NCBI GenBank assembly: GCA_964549615.1
Contig: CAZJVP010000092.1
Coordinates: forward strand, 1 to 36,435
Direction: 5' to 3'
Length of the DNA: 36,435 nt
DNA from: an uncultured Thermococci archaeon
Lineage (GTDB): Archaea; CAYQAE01; CAYVLA01
Shown: piece after piece, positions 9,691-17,411 of the stretch
How positions within the stretch are numbered: position 1 is the stretch's first letter
Layout of the letters: the number at the start of each line of letters is the position of its first letter
Position numbers and translations under genes: made by a program
The notes under the pieces: model-generated
Database searches by the model: none
What the model was told of the DNA's origin: nothing
What the model saw: the letters and a program-made list of their open reading frames with translations, nothing else

Positions 9691-10914
9691 ATGCCGGGTG
9701 TTGGGAGTTTGAGGATCGTCCACGTCTACGATGGTCACGAGGCCGTGCTTCCGGGGGAGGGATCGGTTCCCACGGTTGTGTATAACCTTGCCAAGTCCTG
9801 CGCGATGCTGGGCCATGACGTGACCGTTCTGGAGCGGAGGCAGAGCTCGGGTCAGGAAGCGTCGGAGTATAGGGACGGCATCAGATTCCTCCGCATTGGG
9901 TCGAGGCCTCTGGCCGGCGTCCCGTACAGCGAGGTTCGATCCTTTCCGGGGATTGCGAGGCTTGCAGTGGACAGGGCCATCCTCGCCGCAAGGTTCGCTA
10001 GAGCCCTGAGGCGGGAGGAGTTCGACATCGTGCACGTTCATCTTCCCTTTGCCGCGAATCTGCTGGTCTTGCTCGATCCCCGTGTCAGGCGTAGGCTGGT
10101 CTACACTGCGCATCTCGGGGAGGTTGAGTTGAGGCTTGGTTTGGGGAAATCCAGGCGCTTATTGGGCATCGTGTCGCCTGATCTGTTTCTGATGAGGCGT
10201 GCCGCAAGGATCGTTGTGCTCAACAAGGATGTGAAGAGGATGGTCTCTTCGGGGGGGAGGATCAAGAATATAGGGGACATCCTAGTAGTTCCGAACGGGG
10301 TGGAAGAGGTGCCGAATGCGGCCAGCGAGCAGGACACGGTGGAGAGCAGGGGCGGTGTGCTGACCGTACTGTCGGTGGGCACGATCACCCCGAGAAAGGG
10401 TGGCGAAGCTCTTGTGGAGGCCGCAGACATGGTAGTCAATGAAGGGGGACGTCGGGACGTGCTGTTCGTGTTGGCCGGGAACCGGGATCTGGATCGACCG
10501 TACGCGGAGCGCATCATGAGCCTCGTGAGGACGCTGGCGCTGGGCGGCAACGTGGTCCTCCCCGGATACCTCGACCGCCAAGAGCTGTCGCGCCTTCTCT
10601 CGGTCTGCGACATCTTCGTCTCCGCAAGCTTTCAGGAAGGCGATCCTGTTGCGTTGAAGGAGGCTCTTGCAAGGGGAAAGAGTCTTGTGGGCACTAGGAT
10701 CGGGGGAATCGTGCCCCAGATAATAGACGGGTGGAACGGCTTCCTCGCCGAACCAGGGGACAGTACCGGTCTGGCGGCAGCAATAACCCATCTCCTGGAG
10801 AACCCCGGGGAGAGGAGGGTCATGGGCAGGAGAAGCCACAAGCTTGCCTCCACCTTCCGGTGGGAGAGGATCGGAAAGAGATACGTCACGATCTATCAGG
10901 GCGTGGTTGGATGA
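9691..10914 (+). CDS. Glycosyltransferase family 4
   Basis: FDIVHVH, VPNGV, VGTITPRKG, EGDPVALKEALARG, DGWNGFL. Confidence 0.93.
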   Translation: MPGVGSLRIVHVYDGHEAVLPGEGSVPTVVYNLAKSCAMLGHDVTVLERRQSSGQEASEYRDGIRFLRIGSRPLAGVPYSEVRSFPGIARLAVDRAILAARFARALRREEFDIVHVHLPFAANLLVLLDPRVRRRLVYTAHLGEVELRLGLGKSRRLLGIVSPDLFLMRRAARIVVLNKDVKRMVSSGGRIKNIGDILVVPNGVEEVPNAASEQDTVESRGGVLTVLSVGTITPRKGGEALVEAADMVVNEGGRRDVLFVLAGNRDLDRPYAERIMSLVRTLALGGNVVLPGYLDRQELSRLLSVCDIFVSASFQEGDPVALKEALARGKSLVGTRIGGIVPQIIDGWNGFLAEPGDSTGLAAAITHLLENPGERRVMGRRSHKLASTFRWERIGKRYVTIYQGVVG

Positions 10915-11801
10915 GCAATGGCGCCGAAGGCCGGAGAGCCGATCGTAAGCAGGGCGGAGGCGGGAAGGCAGGTCCAGCAAGCCTAGTCGGTGAGGTTGCA
11001 GGAAAAAAGGGCGGCAGCCGCGGATACCGGGCTTCTGGGGACAGGTTCATGGGGCTGACTCCTGGGTCCGCTGATGACACGGGCCACAGGCTAGGAGCCG
11101 TCCTCGAGATCTTCTCCTCCTATCGATTCAATAGGGTCCTCGATCTGGGCTGCGGGGACGGCAACTTCTCTGCACTGTTGAGGGATGCCTGCTGTGCCTC
11201 GGAGATCTACGGGATCGATGCCTCAGAGAAAGGGGTGGAGCTGGCACGGGCAAGGGGAGTTGACGCCTTATGTCTTGATATCGATCATGCGGACCTTCCC
11301 TTCGAGGAGGGTTTCTTCGACGCCGTCTTCGTGGGGGAGACGATCGAGCACCTGTTTGACCCCGACCACATGCTCGACGAGGTTCACAGGGTCCTTGTGC
11401 CCCAGGGCATCCTGGTTCTGACCACGCCGAACCTGGCGTCGATCCATAACCGGTTGGCATTATTGCTCGGGTTTCAGCCCTTCCCCACCAACGTCAGTCT
11501 GAGGCATTCGATCGGGCACATGGTGGAGGCCGAGGGAGATCCCGTGCCGTGTTCCGACCATCTGAGGGTCTTCACGCTGGGATCGTTGAAGGCTATGATC
11601 AGGCTTCACGGCTTCGACATACTTTCGATTAGAGGCTCGACCGCGGCTCGAGGGCCGATTCATCGCGAAGGGCTGCTCTGGAGGATCGTTGCCCGGGCTG
11701 CCTGGGCGATGGATCGAATCATCTCGATGTATCCGCCGCTGAGCTTCAGAGTTATAGTCACGGCTAGGAAGGTGAGCGACTCGGCGGGTGCTGCGACTTG
11801 A
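10911..11801 (+). CDS. Class I SAM-dependent methyltransferase
   Basis: VLDLGCGDG, YGIDAS, FDAVFVGETIEHL, RVLVPQGILVLTTPN. ATGA overlap with the upstream gene at 10911-10914. Confidence 0.9.
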   Translation: MSNGAEGRRADRKQGGGGKAGPASLVGEVAGKKGGSRGYRASGDRFMGLTPGSADDTGHRLGAVLEIFSSYRFNRVLDLGCGDGNFSALLRDACCASEIYGIDASEKGVELARARGVDALCLDIDHADLPFEEGFFDAVFVGETIEHLFDPDHMLDEVHRVLVPQGILVLTTPNLASIHNRLALLLGFQPFPTNVSLRHSIGHMVEAEGDPVPCSDHLRVFTLGSLKAMIRLHGFDILSIRGSTAARGPIHREGLLWRIVARAAWAMDRIISMYPPLSFRVIVTARKVSDSAGAAT

Positions 11802-14044
11802 ACGGGCTGGGGAGGGCGCTAACCCGCCCCCGCTGGGCAGGGACGAGACATGGAGGCATCCCAAGGCTGCCGAGAGATTCATGCCCGCAGCGGATATGGG
11901 ACTGGTTGGCCCTAGTAGTGTTGCTGGCGTTGATCTTTGGCGCAAGGCTCATGGTGCTGAATCGGCATCCATATCCCCCTAGCGAGGATCTCGGCGGCGA
12001 CCTGGTCGTCCTCGACGCGATGCTTTCCCGGGATCCGGTTCGGCCTGATTACAGGTTCCATTCCCCTCCCCTTTATCATCTACTGGTTGTGTGGACGTTC
12101 AACAGGGTGCTGTCGGTATTCGACGCCGCGAAGGTCTACACCGCGCTTGTGCCGACTTTGATGGGGGTTCCCTTCTTTCTGCTTGTCGGCTCGTTTGTAG
12201 GCGGAAGACGTGCTGCCTTGGTGGCCACCGGGTTGTTCACCTTCTCCGAGGCCTTCAACGAGATGATTGCATGGGGCGGGGTTCTCAACACACTGGGGAT
12301 GATCTTCATGATCTTCTTCTCCCTCTTCCTCCTGCGAATCCTCAAAGGCGGCGGGATGCGGGACGGCCTATTAGCCGGGGTCTTCGCATCCCTGACAGCG
12401 GGGACCCATCACCTAACCGCGGTGTATCTCGGCTTTGTGTTCCTGCTGGCTCTGCTTATCATGATCGTTTTGGCGCGGAAAGATGTGAAGGGTAGGTTGA
12501 TCCCACTTTCCCTCGTGGTACTGGTTGGCGGGTTGGCGAGCCTCCCGTATGCGGATGTCTATCTCTGGGGAATGCGGAACACGGTGAACGTGGGCGCCAG
12601 CGCCCAGGATGTCTTGCTCTTCTCGTCACGTCTTCCCCAGGTGATCGGGAATTTGGCGAGGGGAATGCCCACCTTTGCGGTGTTCGTTGCTCTGGGCCTG
12701 GTCTCCCTAGTGTACTTCTTTTCGACCTGCAGAGAGAGATGCGTTCTTGCCGTCGAGTTGTCCCTTATCTTGGCCGTGTTTGCACTCCTTCTCATGCTTA
12801 AGCCGGACACCATGATTCGCGCATCCTATTTTGCCCCGCTGCCCATATTCCTAGCCATCGGGTTCTTCTTCAGCGCAGCGCTCAGATGGGCAGCGAGAGG
12901 CAGGCTTGGTTGCCTGGGTGGGGTTGAGCGTTCTCTTGCCTCGGTGATGGCAGCTCTACTCGTAGCTTTGCCGGTCGGCCTGCTTTCATATGGATCGTAT
13001 AGGCGGTTAGCAACGGCAGTGGACTACTATCAGATACTCAACGACGACGTTGTGGAGGCGCTTGACTGGCTGGCCGAGAACACGGAATCGGATGCCGTCG
13101 TTTACACCAACTATAACGGGCTGAAGTCTTGGATCGAGGGCTACGGCAGGCGTCTGTGCCTCGATTCTAGGCCTCTGGACTACTTGGTGACGAGGGCTGA
13201 ATGGCTGGAGACGGCAGATGCAAACCGGCTCGCGTTGGGCAACTATGGCTTGGAGTCCGAGCGTCTGGCGGTCGCGGATCACTTCCCCTCGGGTTATGAC
13301 AATCCCGGGATCCATCTGAAGATTCCCGGTTACAGCGTTCCCGTGATCTATCTCTACGACGAGTTGCAGACCGCCCAGTTCAGCAAAGTTGGCCACGAGG
13401 AGGAGTTTGTGACCAACCTGCTCTCTGCCCAGGCCAAGCACGCCCAGGAGTGCGCTCCCAACGAACACGGCCTGTCGAGAAGATTCGAATACGGCTGGGA
13501 TTTCGGGGCAGCCAGCAGGGTTGTTGGGGTTGAGGACACTGCTGTGAACGTCCTCTATGAGGTCCATTTCCTCGACAGTAAGGTACGGCTATTCAACCTC
13601 ACGGCCAGCTTCTACCCCGGAGTGGAGGTCTCCGACGTCCGTTTCGACGGGCAGAGCTCGTTCGCCAGCGGCTCGTCCGGTGGGTGGAGGTTTTGGATGG
13701 AGCTGGTTCCTGTCCATGATGAGGGAGTGCCACTTGAGATCGGATATGATTATCATCGTCGTGCCCTAGCTTTTTGCTTCAAACCAGCCTCGAGTTCTTT
13801 CCGGGTCGGCGTACGCCTGACGCTGGGCATTGACCCGGAGGTTGCGGGCTTCACCGAGCCTGCGTCGCTGTGCTGGGATATGTACAAGCTCGTCGATGCC
13901 CTGGGGATCAGCCATATCGTCTTGGACAAGAACCGCTACGCGGAGTTCATCAGGTTCACCAACAACTATCCGGACTTCTCGCACCGGGTCTTCGAGAACG
14001 ATAGGATGCTTGTGCTGGAGATCTCCCGAAAGGCTGGCGGTTGA
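11798..14044 (+). CDS. Polytopic GT-C-fold (PMT/STT3-like) membrane glycosyltransferase
   Basis: About 11-13 hydrophobic segments, an acidic loop after TM1 (SEDLGGD), PPLYH and GTHHLT motifs, and an STT3-like ALDWLAENTESDAVV opening a large soluble C-terminal domain. Confidence 0.72.
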   Translation: MNGLGRALTRPRWAGTRHGGIPRLPRDSCPQRIWDWLALVVLLALIFGARLMVLNRHPYPPSEDLGGDLVVLDAMLSRDPVRPDYRFHSPPLYHLLVVWTFNRVLSVFDAAKVYTALVPTLMGVPFFLLVGSFVGGRRAALVATGLFTFSEAFNEMIAWGGVLNTLGMIFMIFFSLFLLRILKGGGMRDGLLAGVFASLTAGTHHLTAVYLGFVFLLALLIMIVLARKDVKGRLIPLSLVVLVGGLASLPYADVYLWGMRNTVNVGASAQDVLLFSSRLPQVIGNLARGMPTFAVFVALGLVSLVYFFSTCRERCVLAVELSLILAVFALLLMLKPDTMIRASYFAPLPIFLAIGFFFSAALRWAARGRLGCLGGVERSLASVMAALLVALPVGLLSYGSYRRLATAVDYYQILNDDVVEALDWLAENTESDAVVYTNYNGLKSWIEGYGRRLCLDSRPLDYLVTRAEWLETADANRLALGNYGLESERLAVADHFPSGYDNPGIHLKIPGYSVPVIYLYDELQTAQFSKVGHEEEFVTNLLSAQAKHAQECAPNEHGLSRRFEYGWDFGAASRVVGVEDTAVNVLYEVHFLDSKVRLFNLTASFYPGVEVSDVRFDGQSSFASGSSGGWRFWMELVPVHDEGVPLEIGYDYHRRALAFCFKPASSSFRVGVRLTLGIDPEVAGFTEPASLCWDMYKLVDALGISHIVLDKNRYAEFIRFTNNYPDFSHRVFENDRMLVLEISRKAGG

Positions 14045-14091
14045 GGCGGATGGCGCTGCTCCGCCTCGGGGACGTGGATGCTCTTAGAGCC

Positions 14092-14625
14092 CTACTGTCC
14101 AGCTGCGCATCGGTTGTAGAGATCCATGAATCTGTCGCGGTCCGTTCTTACCAGGTCGTATTCGGATAGCCATTTGTCTCTGTCCGCCCGCATGTTCTCG
14201 TATTCCGATAGCCATTTGTCTCGATCGTCTCGCATATTTTCGTATTCCGACAGCCATTTGTCCCTGTCCGCCCGCATGTTCTCGTACAGCAGCATCCACC
14301 TGTCCCGCTCAGCCTTGGCCTGCTCGTAGTTGGCGATCCAGGCGTCGCGCTCGGCCTGGGCAACAGCGAGGCTTTGGAGCGAGCGGTTACGGAGTTCCTC
14401 CATCTCGCCTCTGAGCTGGTAGTACTGCTGCTTCCACGTCGACGCGCTACCGTTAAACATGCTGAGATAGCCGGCCTCGCTGGTCATGAAGATGGTCAAT
14501 GCCCCGAGGAGCAGGGCCGCGATCATCGCTATCAGCATCGGTGCCCTGCTCGGGCGTTCCTCGTCCCGCGAGCCTCTTGGTGGACGGGCCACGGTAGGAA
14601 CCTCCGGCCCTTGTCGTGCCTCCAC
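14092..14625 (-). CDS. Membrane-anchored coiled-coil protein with 14-aa tandem repeats
   Basis: TM segment MLIAMIAALLLGALTIFM followed by about six DRDKWLSEYENMRA-type units. TTTATAA lies upstream on the minus strand near 14659-14666. Confidence 0.8.
   Translation of the reverse strand: MEARQGPEVPTVARPPRGSRDEERPSRAPMLIAMIAALLLGALTIFMTSEAGYLSMFNGSASTWKQQYYQLRGEMEELRNRSLQSLAVAQAERDAWIANYEQAKAERDRWMLLYENMRADRDKWLSEYENMRDDRDKWLSEYENMRADRDKWLSEYDLVRTDRDRFMDLYNRCAAGQ
14114..14365. repeat. Coding tandem repeat, 42-bp period, about 6 units (3 near-identical)
   Basis: Units begin TCGTA at 14156, 14198, 14240, 14282 and 14324. The three core units share TCGTATTCsGAyAGCCATTTGTC. Confidence 0.9.
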
Positions 14626-14854
14626 TATTTCACCCCTGGGGCTATGGGGAATGCCGGAATTATAAAGGGTTCCGTGCGCGACCCCGGTGGGGACGCGATC
14701 TCCGGGTGGGTGTTGGTAGCCAGAGCCCTAGACGCCGTGGCACTTGCTTCGTGGCGCTATTCTGAAGGAATCGGGGTAGATCGGAATACCATCTGGGATG
14801 TGTGCCGAGGACTTTGGATCTTTCCCTTGTCGCTCGTACTTTTCCGTCTATGGC

Positions 14855-14888
14855 TTCCAAGGGGGCGATGCAGATTGGTTGGTTGTTG
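14855..14888 (+). repeat. Left target-site duplication (9 bp) and left terminal inverted repeat (25 bp)
   Basis: TTCCAAGGG | GGCGATGCAGATTGGTTGGTTGTTG. Confidence 0.9.
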
Positions 14889-14904
14889 GTCTGGGGGAGG
14901 AACC

Positions 14905-14937
14905 GAAAGATATTTATACGTTACTGTAGTAACGTAT
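14905..14937 (+). promoter_or_regulatory. IS-internal promoter with overlapping palindromic operator
   Basis: GAAAGA-TATTTATA (BRE/TATA) overlapped by ATACGTTAC-TGTA-GTAACGTAT (14916-14937). ATG at 14942, consistent with a leaderless transcript. Confidence 0.8.
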
Positions 14938-14941
14938 TGTG

Positions 14942-15325
14942 ATGGGTGGCACACTTGAAGGAGAACTCATAGTGTTCTCAGCCAACAAGATGCCCAAGAC
15001 CGAACAGGTCAAGCTCAGCAAACGGCTCTACGGATACAGGGACCGATCACAACGATCCAAGTACCTCTACGACAGGGAAGGGCTGCTGAACAGGATACCC
15101 CACATAATCCCGCTCGGGAGAAAGGCCATCCTGGTCACCAGGGCGGAGGACGCCCAAACCATCATCCAGCTCCTACAGGAGTACGGTGCCCAGATCTATG
15201 CCCGGGCCATCAAACTGGACGAAGAGGACCTCAAGATCCTGTGCAGAGACCTGGAACATCCCCGGGGCCGGGATGGTGGGGAGAGCGGTTTGGATGAGGA
15301 GGCCCAGACCCAAGACGATCAGTAG
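14942..15325 (+). CDS. IS-borne small protein with predicted Cas2/VapD/PaaX-central-like ferredoxin fold
   Basis: Pattern beta(ELIVFS)-helix(KTEQVKLSKRLYG)-insert(KYLYDREGLL)-beta-beta(HIIPLGRKAILV)-helix(EDAQTIIQLLQEYG)-beta(QIYARAI). The ORF is well supported; the fold is inferred. Confidence 0.65.
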   Translation: MGGTLEGELIVFSANKMPKTEQVKLSKRLYGYRDRSQRSKYLYDREGLLNRIPHIIPLGRKAILVTRAEDAQTIIQLLQEYGAQIYARAIKLDEEDLKILCRDLEHPRGRDGGESGLDEEAQTQDDQ

Positions 15326-16700
15326 CCTGTCCCCAGGGCTCCTGAGAGAGTCCATATCCAGCATCCTCCTCCAGCTCCAGGACAAGACCTACGATGATCC
15401 TCCGCCGTGTCCCAGGTGCGGGTCGGAGGATGGGAGGAGGCATGGTAAGAGGAAGCGTATCTACGCCACCATCATCGCCGAGAAAGGCTTCCAGAGGATC
15501 CGCGTCTGGATCAAGAGGTACAGGTGCAAAAGGTGCGGCAAGCATTATCGGTCCAGATCCCCCTTCTACCCGGGCTGTCTCTACGCCCGGCCGGTGGTGG
15601 ACACCTGTCTCTACCTGGCCGCCCACAACCCTTTCTGCAGGGTTGAGGCCATACTGCAGAGCTGGGGGCTACAGATAGATAGGGACACGATCCGGAGCTA
15701 TGTCCGCAGATTCGGCAGAAGGGCAAGAAACATGGCCGGGGTAAGGATCGACACCGCCTCTGTGGCTATAAACCTTGTCAGGCTCCTGTTCGACGCAGCG
15801 GATGTTGAGGAGCTCAAAACAAGGCTGCCCGGGGAGGTGTTCCAGGATGTGGGGGATGAGACCTATCCAGCCGTGAAGGGGGCCAAGAAAAGGCTGAGAC
15901 AGGAGAATGCTGAAAGGGCTCTGAGAGGCGAGAAAGAGAGGCCTTACCCCGAGTCCCATACCCTTGCCTGCGTCTTTGAGGTGTTCCACAATTTCTTCGT
16001 ATCCGTCATGGTCACCTCGACAGCCTTCAACACAATGCTTGCCGATGCTCTTAAGAGGCCTGCCAGGGGCTGTGTGGGGAGCGTGAGGGACGGCTCCAAG
16101 TGCTACAGAGACCCCCACATCGACTGCGTCAACCATAAGGCCAGGAGAATGATCGCCAGGGATGGGGCCTACAGAAGGCTCAAGAGAGAGGCAGAGAGCA
16201 GGGGCCAGATAGAGGAGTACTGCAAGATGTTCTATGGTAGAGTAAGGGAGGAGGAGGCCGCACGGGCGGCCCAGGCTTATCCCGAGCTTGTAGACCGGGA
16301 AGGCCTGTTTGTTGGGGCCTTGTCCACCAACTCCATGGAGGGTGGGAACTGGAGGATCAAGTTCGGGTTAAGGGTTCCCTACCTGGATCCGGCCTCCGAG
16401 GAGGCTAGAACCCTACTCATAGCCTTACAGGACTCTATGAAGACATTTGACGCAGGCAGGCCGTGCGAAAGCTTCGCTCACAGGCATGGCTGTTTTGATT
16501 ACTCATCCGTCATGGCAGAGGCAGACAAAACCTACGATAGGGATCCGGACACATTCCCTGGTCAAGGTAGGCGCAGCGACTCCTCGAGCGATCATGCCCC
16601 AAACCATACCGAGGAGTTCGCTCTCTGGCTCAACAAGGCGGTGGAAAGAGTCCAGCGAACAAGAGACAGAGCCAACAACATCCTCACAACAACCATTTAA
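15294..16700 (+). CDS. DDE transposase with N-terminal zinc ribbon and HTH
   Basis: CPRC...CKRC zinc ribbon, HTH (FCRVEAILQSWGLQIDRDTIRSYVRRFG), catalytic candidates DETY, VRDGSKCY and STNSMEGGN, and CVNH 12 residues after the second Asp. The stop codon lies inside the right TIR. Start is ATG 15294 or 15273. Confidence 0.85.
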   Translation: MRRPRPKTISSLSPGLLRESISSILLQLQDKTYDDPPPCPRCGSEDGRRHGKRKRIYATIIAEKGFQRIRVWIKRYRCKRCGKHYRSRSPFYPGCLYARPVVDTCLYLAAHNPFCRVEAILQSWGLQIDRDTIRSYVRRFGRRARNMAGVRIDTASVAINLVRLLFDAADVEELKTRLPGEVFQDVGDETYPAVKGAKKRLRQENAERALRGEKERPYPESHTLACVFEVFHNFFVSVMVTSTAFNTMLADALKRPARGCVGSVRDGSKCYRDPHIDCVNHKARRMIARDGAYRRLKREAESRGQIEEYCKMFYGRVREEEAARAAQAYPELVDREGLFVGALSTNSMEGGNWRIKFGLRVPYLDPASEEARTLLIALQDSMKTFDAGRPCESFAHRHGCFDYSSVMAEADKTYDRDPDTFPGQGRRSDSSSDHAPNHTEEFALWLNKAVERVQRTRDRANNILTTTI

Positions 16701-16720
16701 TCTGCATCACCTTCCAAGGG
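16687..16720 (-). repeat. Right terminal inverted repeat (25 bp) and right target-site duplication (9 bp)
   Basis: CAACAACCATTTAATCTGCATCACC | TTCCAAGGG. Confidence 0.9.
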
Positions 16721-16724
16721 GGAC

Positions 16725-16740
16725 ACAACCTTTTTAAGCG
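16725..16740 (+). promoter_or_regulatory. TATA-like promoter of the RHH/hypothetical/transaldolase cluster
   Basis: CAACC-TTTTTAAG (TATA-like at 16731-16738), about 30 bp before GTG 16770. Confidence 0.6.
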
Positions 16741-16769
16741 ACACAGGCGCCGCGGTAGGCAGCCGCAGC

Positions 16770-16961
16770 GTGAGGGATTTGGTCCAGCCGGGAGCGCAGT
16801 CCGACCGGCGGAGGGTGCCGGGCCGGAAGAGAACCGTTTCCATCAGGCTGAGCGTAGGGACCCATCAGAGGCTGCGGCGGGCCAAACACCGGTTCGAAGT
16901 GGAAACCTTCGATGAGGCGGTCCGCGCCCTGCTTGACGAACGTGAAAGAATGAAAGGGTGA
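16770..16961 (+). CDS. Small ribbon-helix-helix (antitoxin-like) DNA-binding protein
   Basis: RTVSIRLSVGTHQRLRRAK...ETFDEAVRALLD fits the archaeal RHH pattern. Alternative start GTG 16815. Confidence 0.7.
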   Translation: MRDLVQPGAQSDRRRVPGRKRTVSIRLSVGTHQRLRRAKHRFEVETFDEAVRALLDERERMKG

Positions 16962-17410
16962 AGGGCCGCGGAGGTCGAGCGGAGTTGACTTCAGGCCACG
17001 TGACGGGCGGTCTTCCCAAGCTCGATCCGATCCATGCCCCGAACTTGGTGGGCAGGGCGATGAGGGCCAGGATGTGGCACCGGGTCGAGCTTGGGCATCG
17101 CGCGACCCTGCGGCTCGTCAGGAGGGGTAGGATGGGTTCCTGCGGAGGCTCGGAAAGCCTCGTCATCAGGAGGATGGTCGCAGCGGCAAATGCTGTCCTG
17201 GAGGCCTTGCGAAAGGTCCCGGGGGCGCCACCGTTCCGGGTCCGGGCCTTGTTGGAGGGTATCCGAATGGCGAAATACAGGATGCAGACATACGATGAGC
17301 ACGGCGCGTTCCGCTGGGCGCCCCAAGCCAGGCGATGGCTTGGGGATGAGGACGTTGTGATCCACTTGGGGGCGAACTCGCTGTGTTCTCCCCGATACGG
17401 AGGTCTGTGA
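16958..17410 (+). CDS. Basic helical hypothetical protein
   Basis: GTGA overlap with the RHH gene and ends 1 bp before transaldolase. RAMRARMWHRV...RATLRL...WAPQARRWLGDEDVVIHLG resembles hypotheticals recalled from TACK archaea. Confidence 0.65.
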   Translation: MKGRGGRAELTSGHVTGGLPKLDPIHAPNLVGRAMRARMWHRVELGHRATLRLVRRGRMGSCGGSESLVIRRMVAAANAVLEALRKVPGAPPFRVRALLEGIRMAKYRMQTYDEHGAFRWAPQARRWLGDEDVVIHLGANSLCSPRYGGL

Positions 17411-17411
17411 G

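Larger units (their letters stand above)
14864..16711 (+). mobile_element. Intact 1848-bp insertion sequence (DDE transposase plus upstream small gene); family unresolved, with IS1-like ends and a Mutator-like CxxH motif
   Basis: TIRs GGCGATGCAGATTGGTTGGTTGTTG (14864-14888) and reverse-complement GGTGATGCAGATTAAATGGTTGTTG (16687-16711), 21/25 identical. Flanking 9-bp direct repeat TTCCAAGGG at 14855-14863 and 16712-16720. Confidence 0.92.

Noticed and set aside
14114-14365. CRISPR array next to the Cas2-like gene
   Set aside because: The units are contiguous 42-bp in-frame coding repeats with no unique spacers, and they lie outside the IS.
15186-15325. Programmed -1 frameshift fusing the small IS ORF to the transposase
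   Set aside because: The frames are related by +1, no A6C-type slippery site was seen, and the transposase ORF has its own ATG and all its domains.
14864-16711. Casposon or CRISPR-associated transposon
   Set aside because: No Cas1, PolB, TnsABC, TnpB or array is present. The integrase is a DDE-type enzyme.
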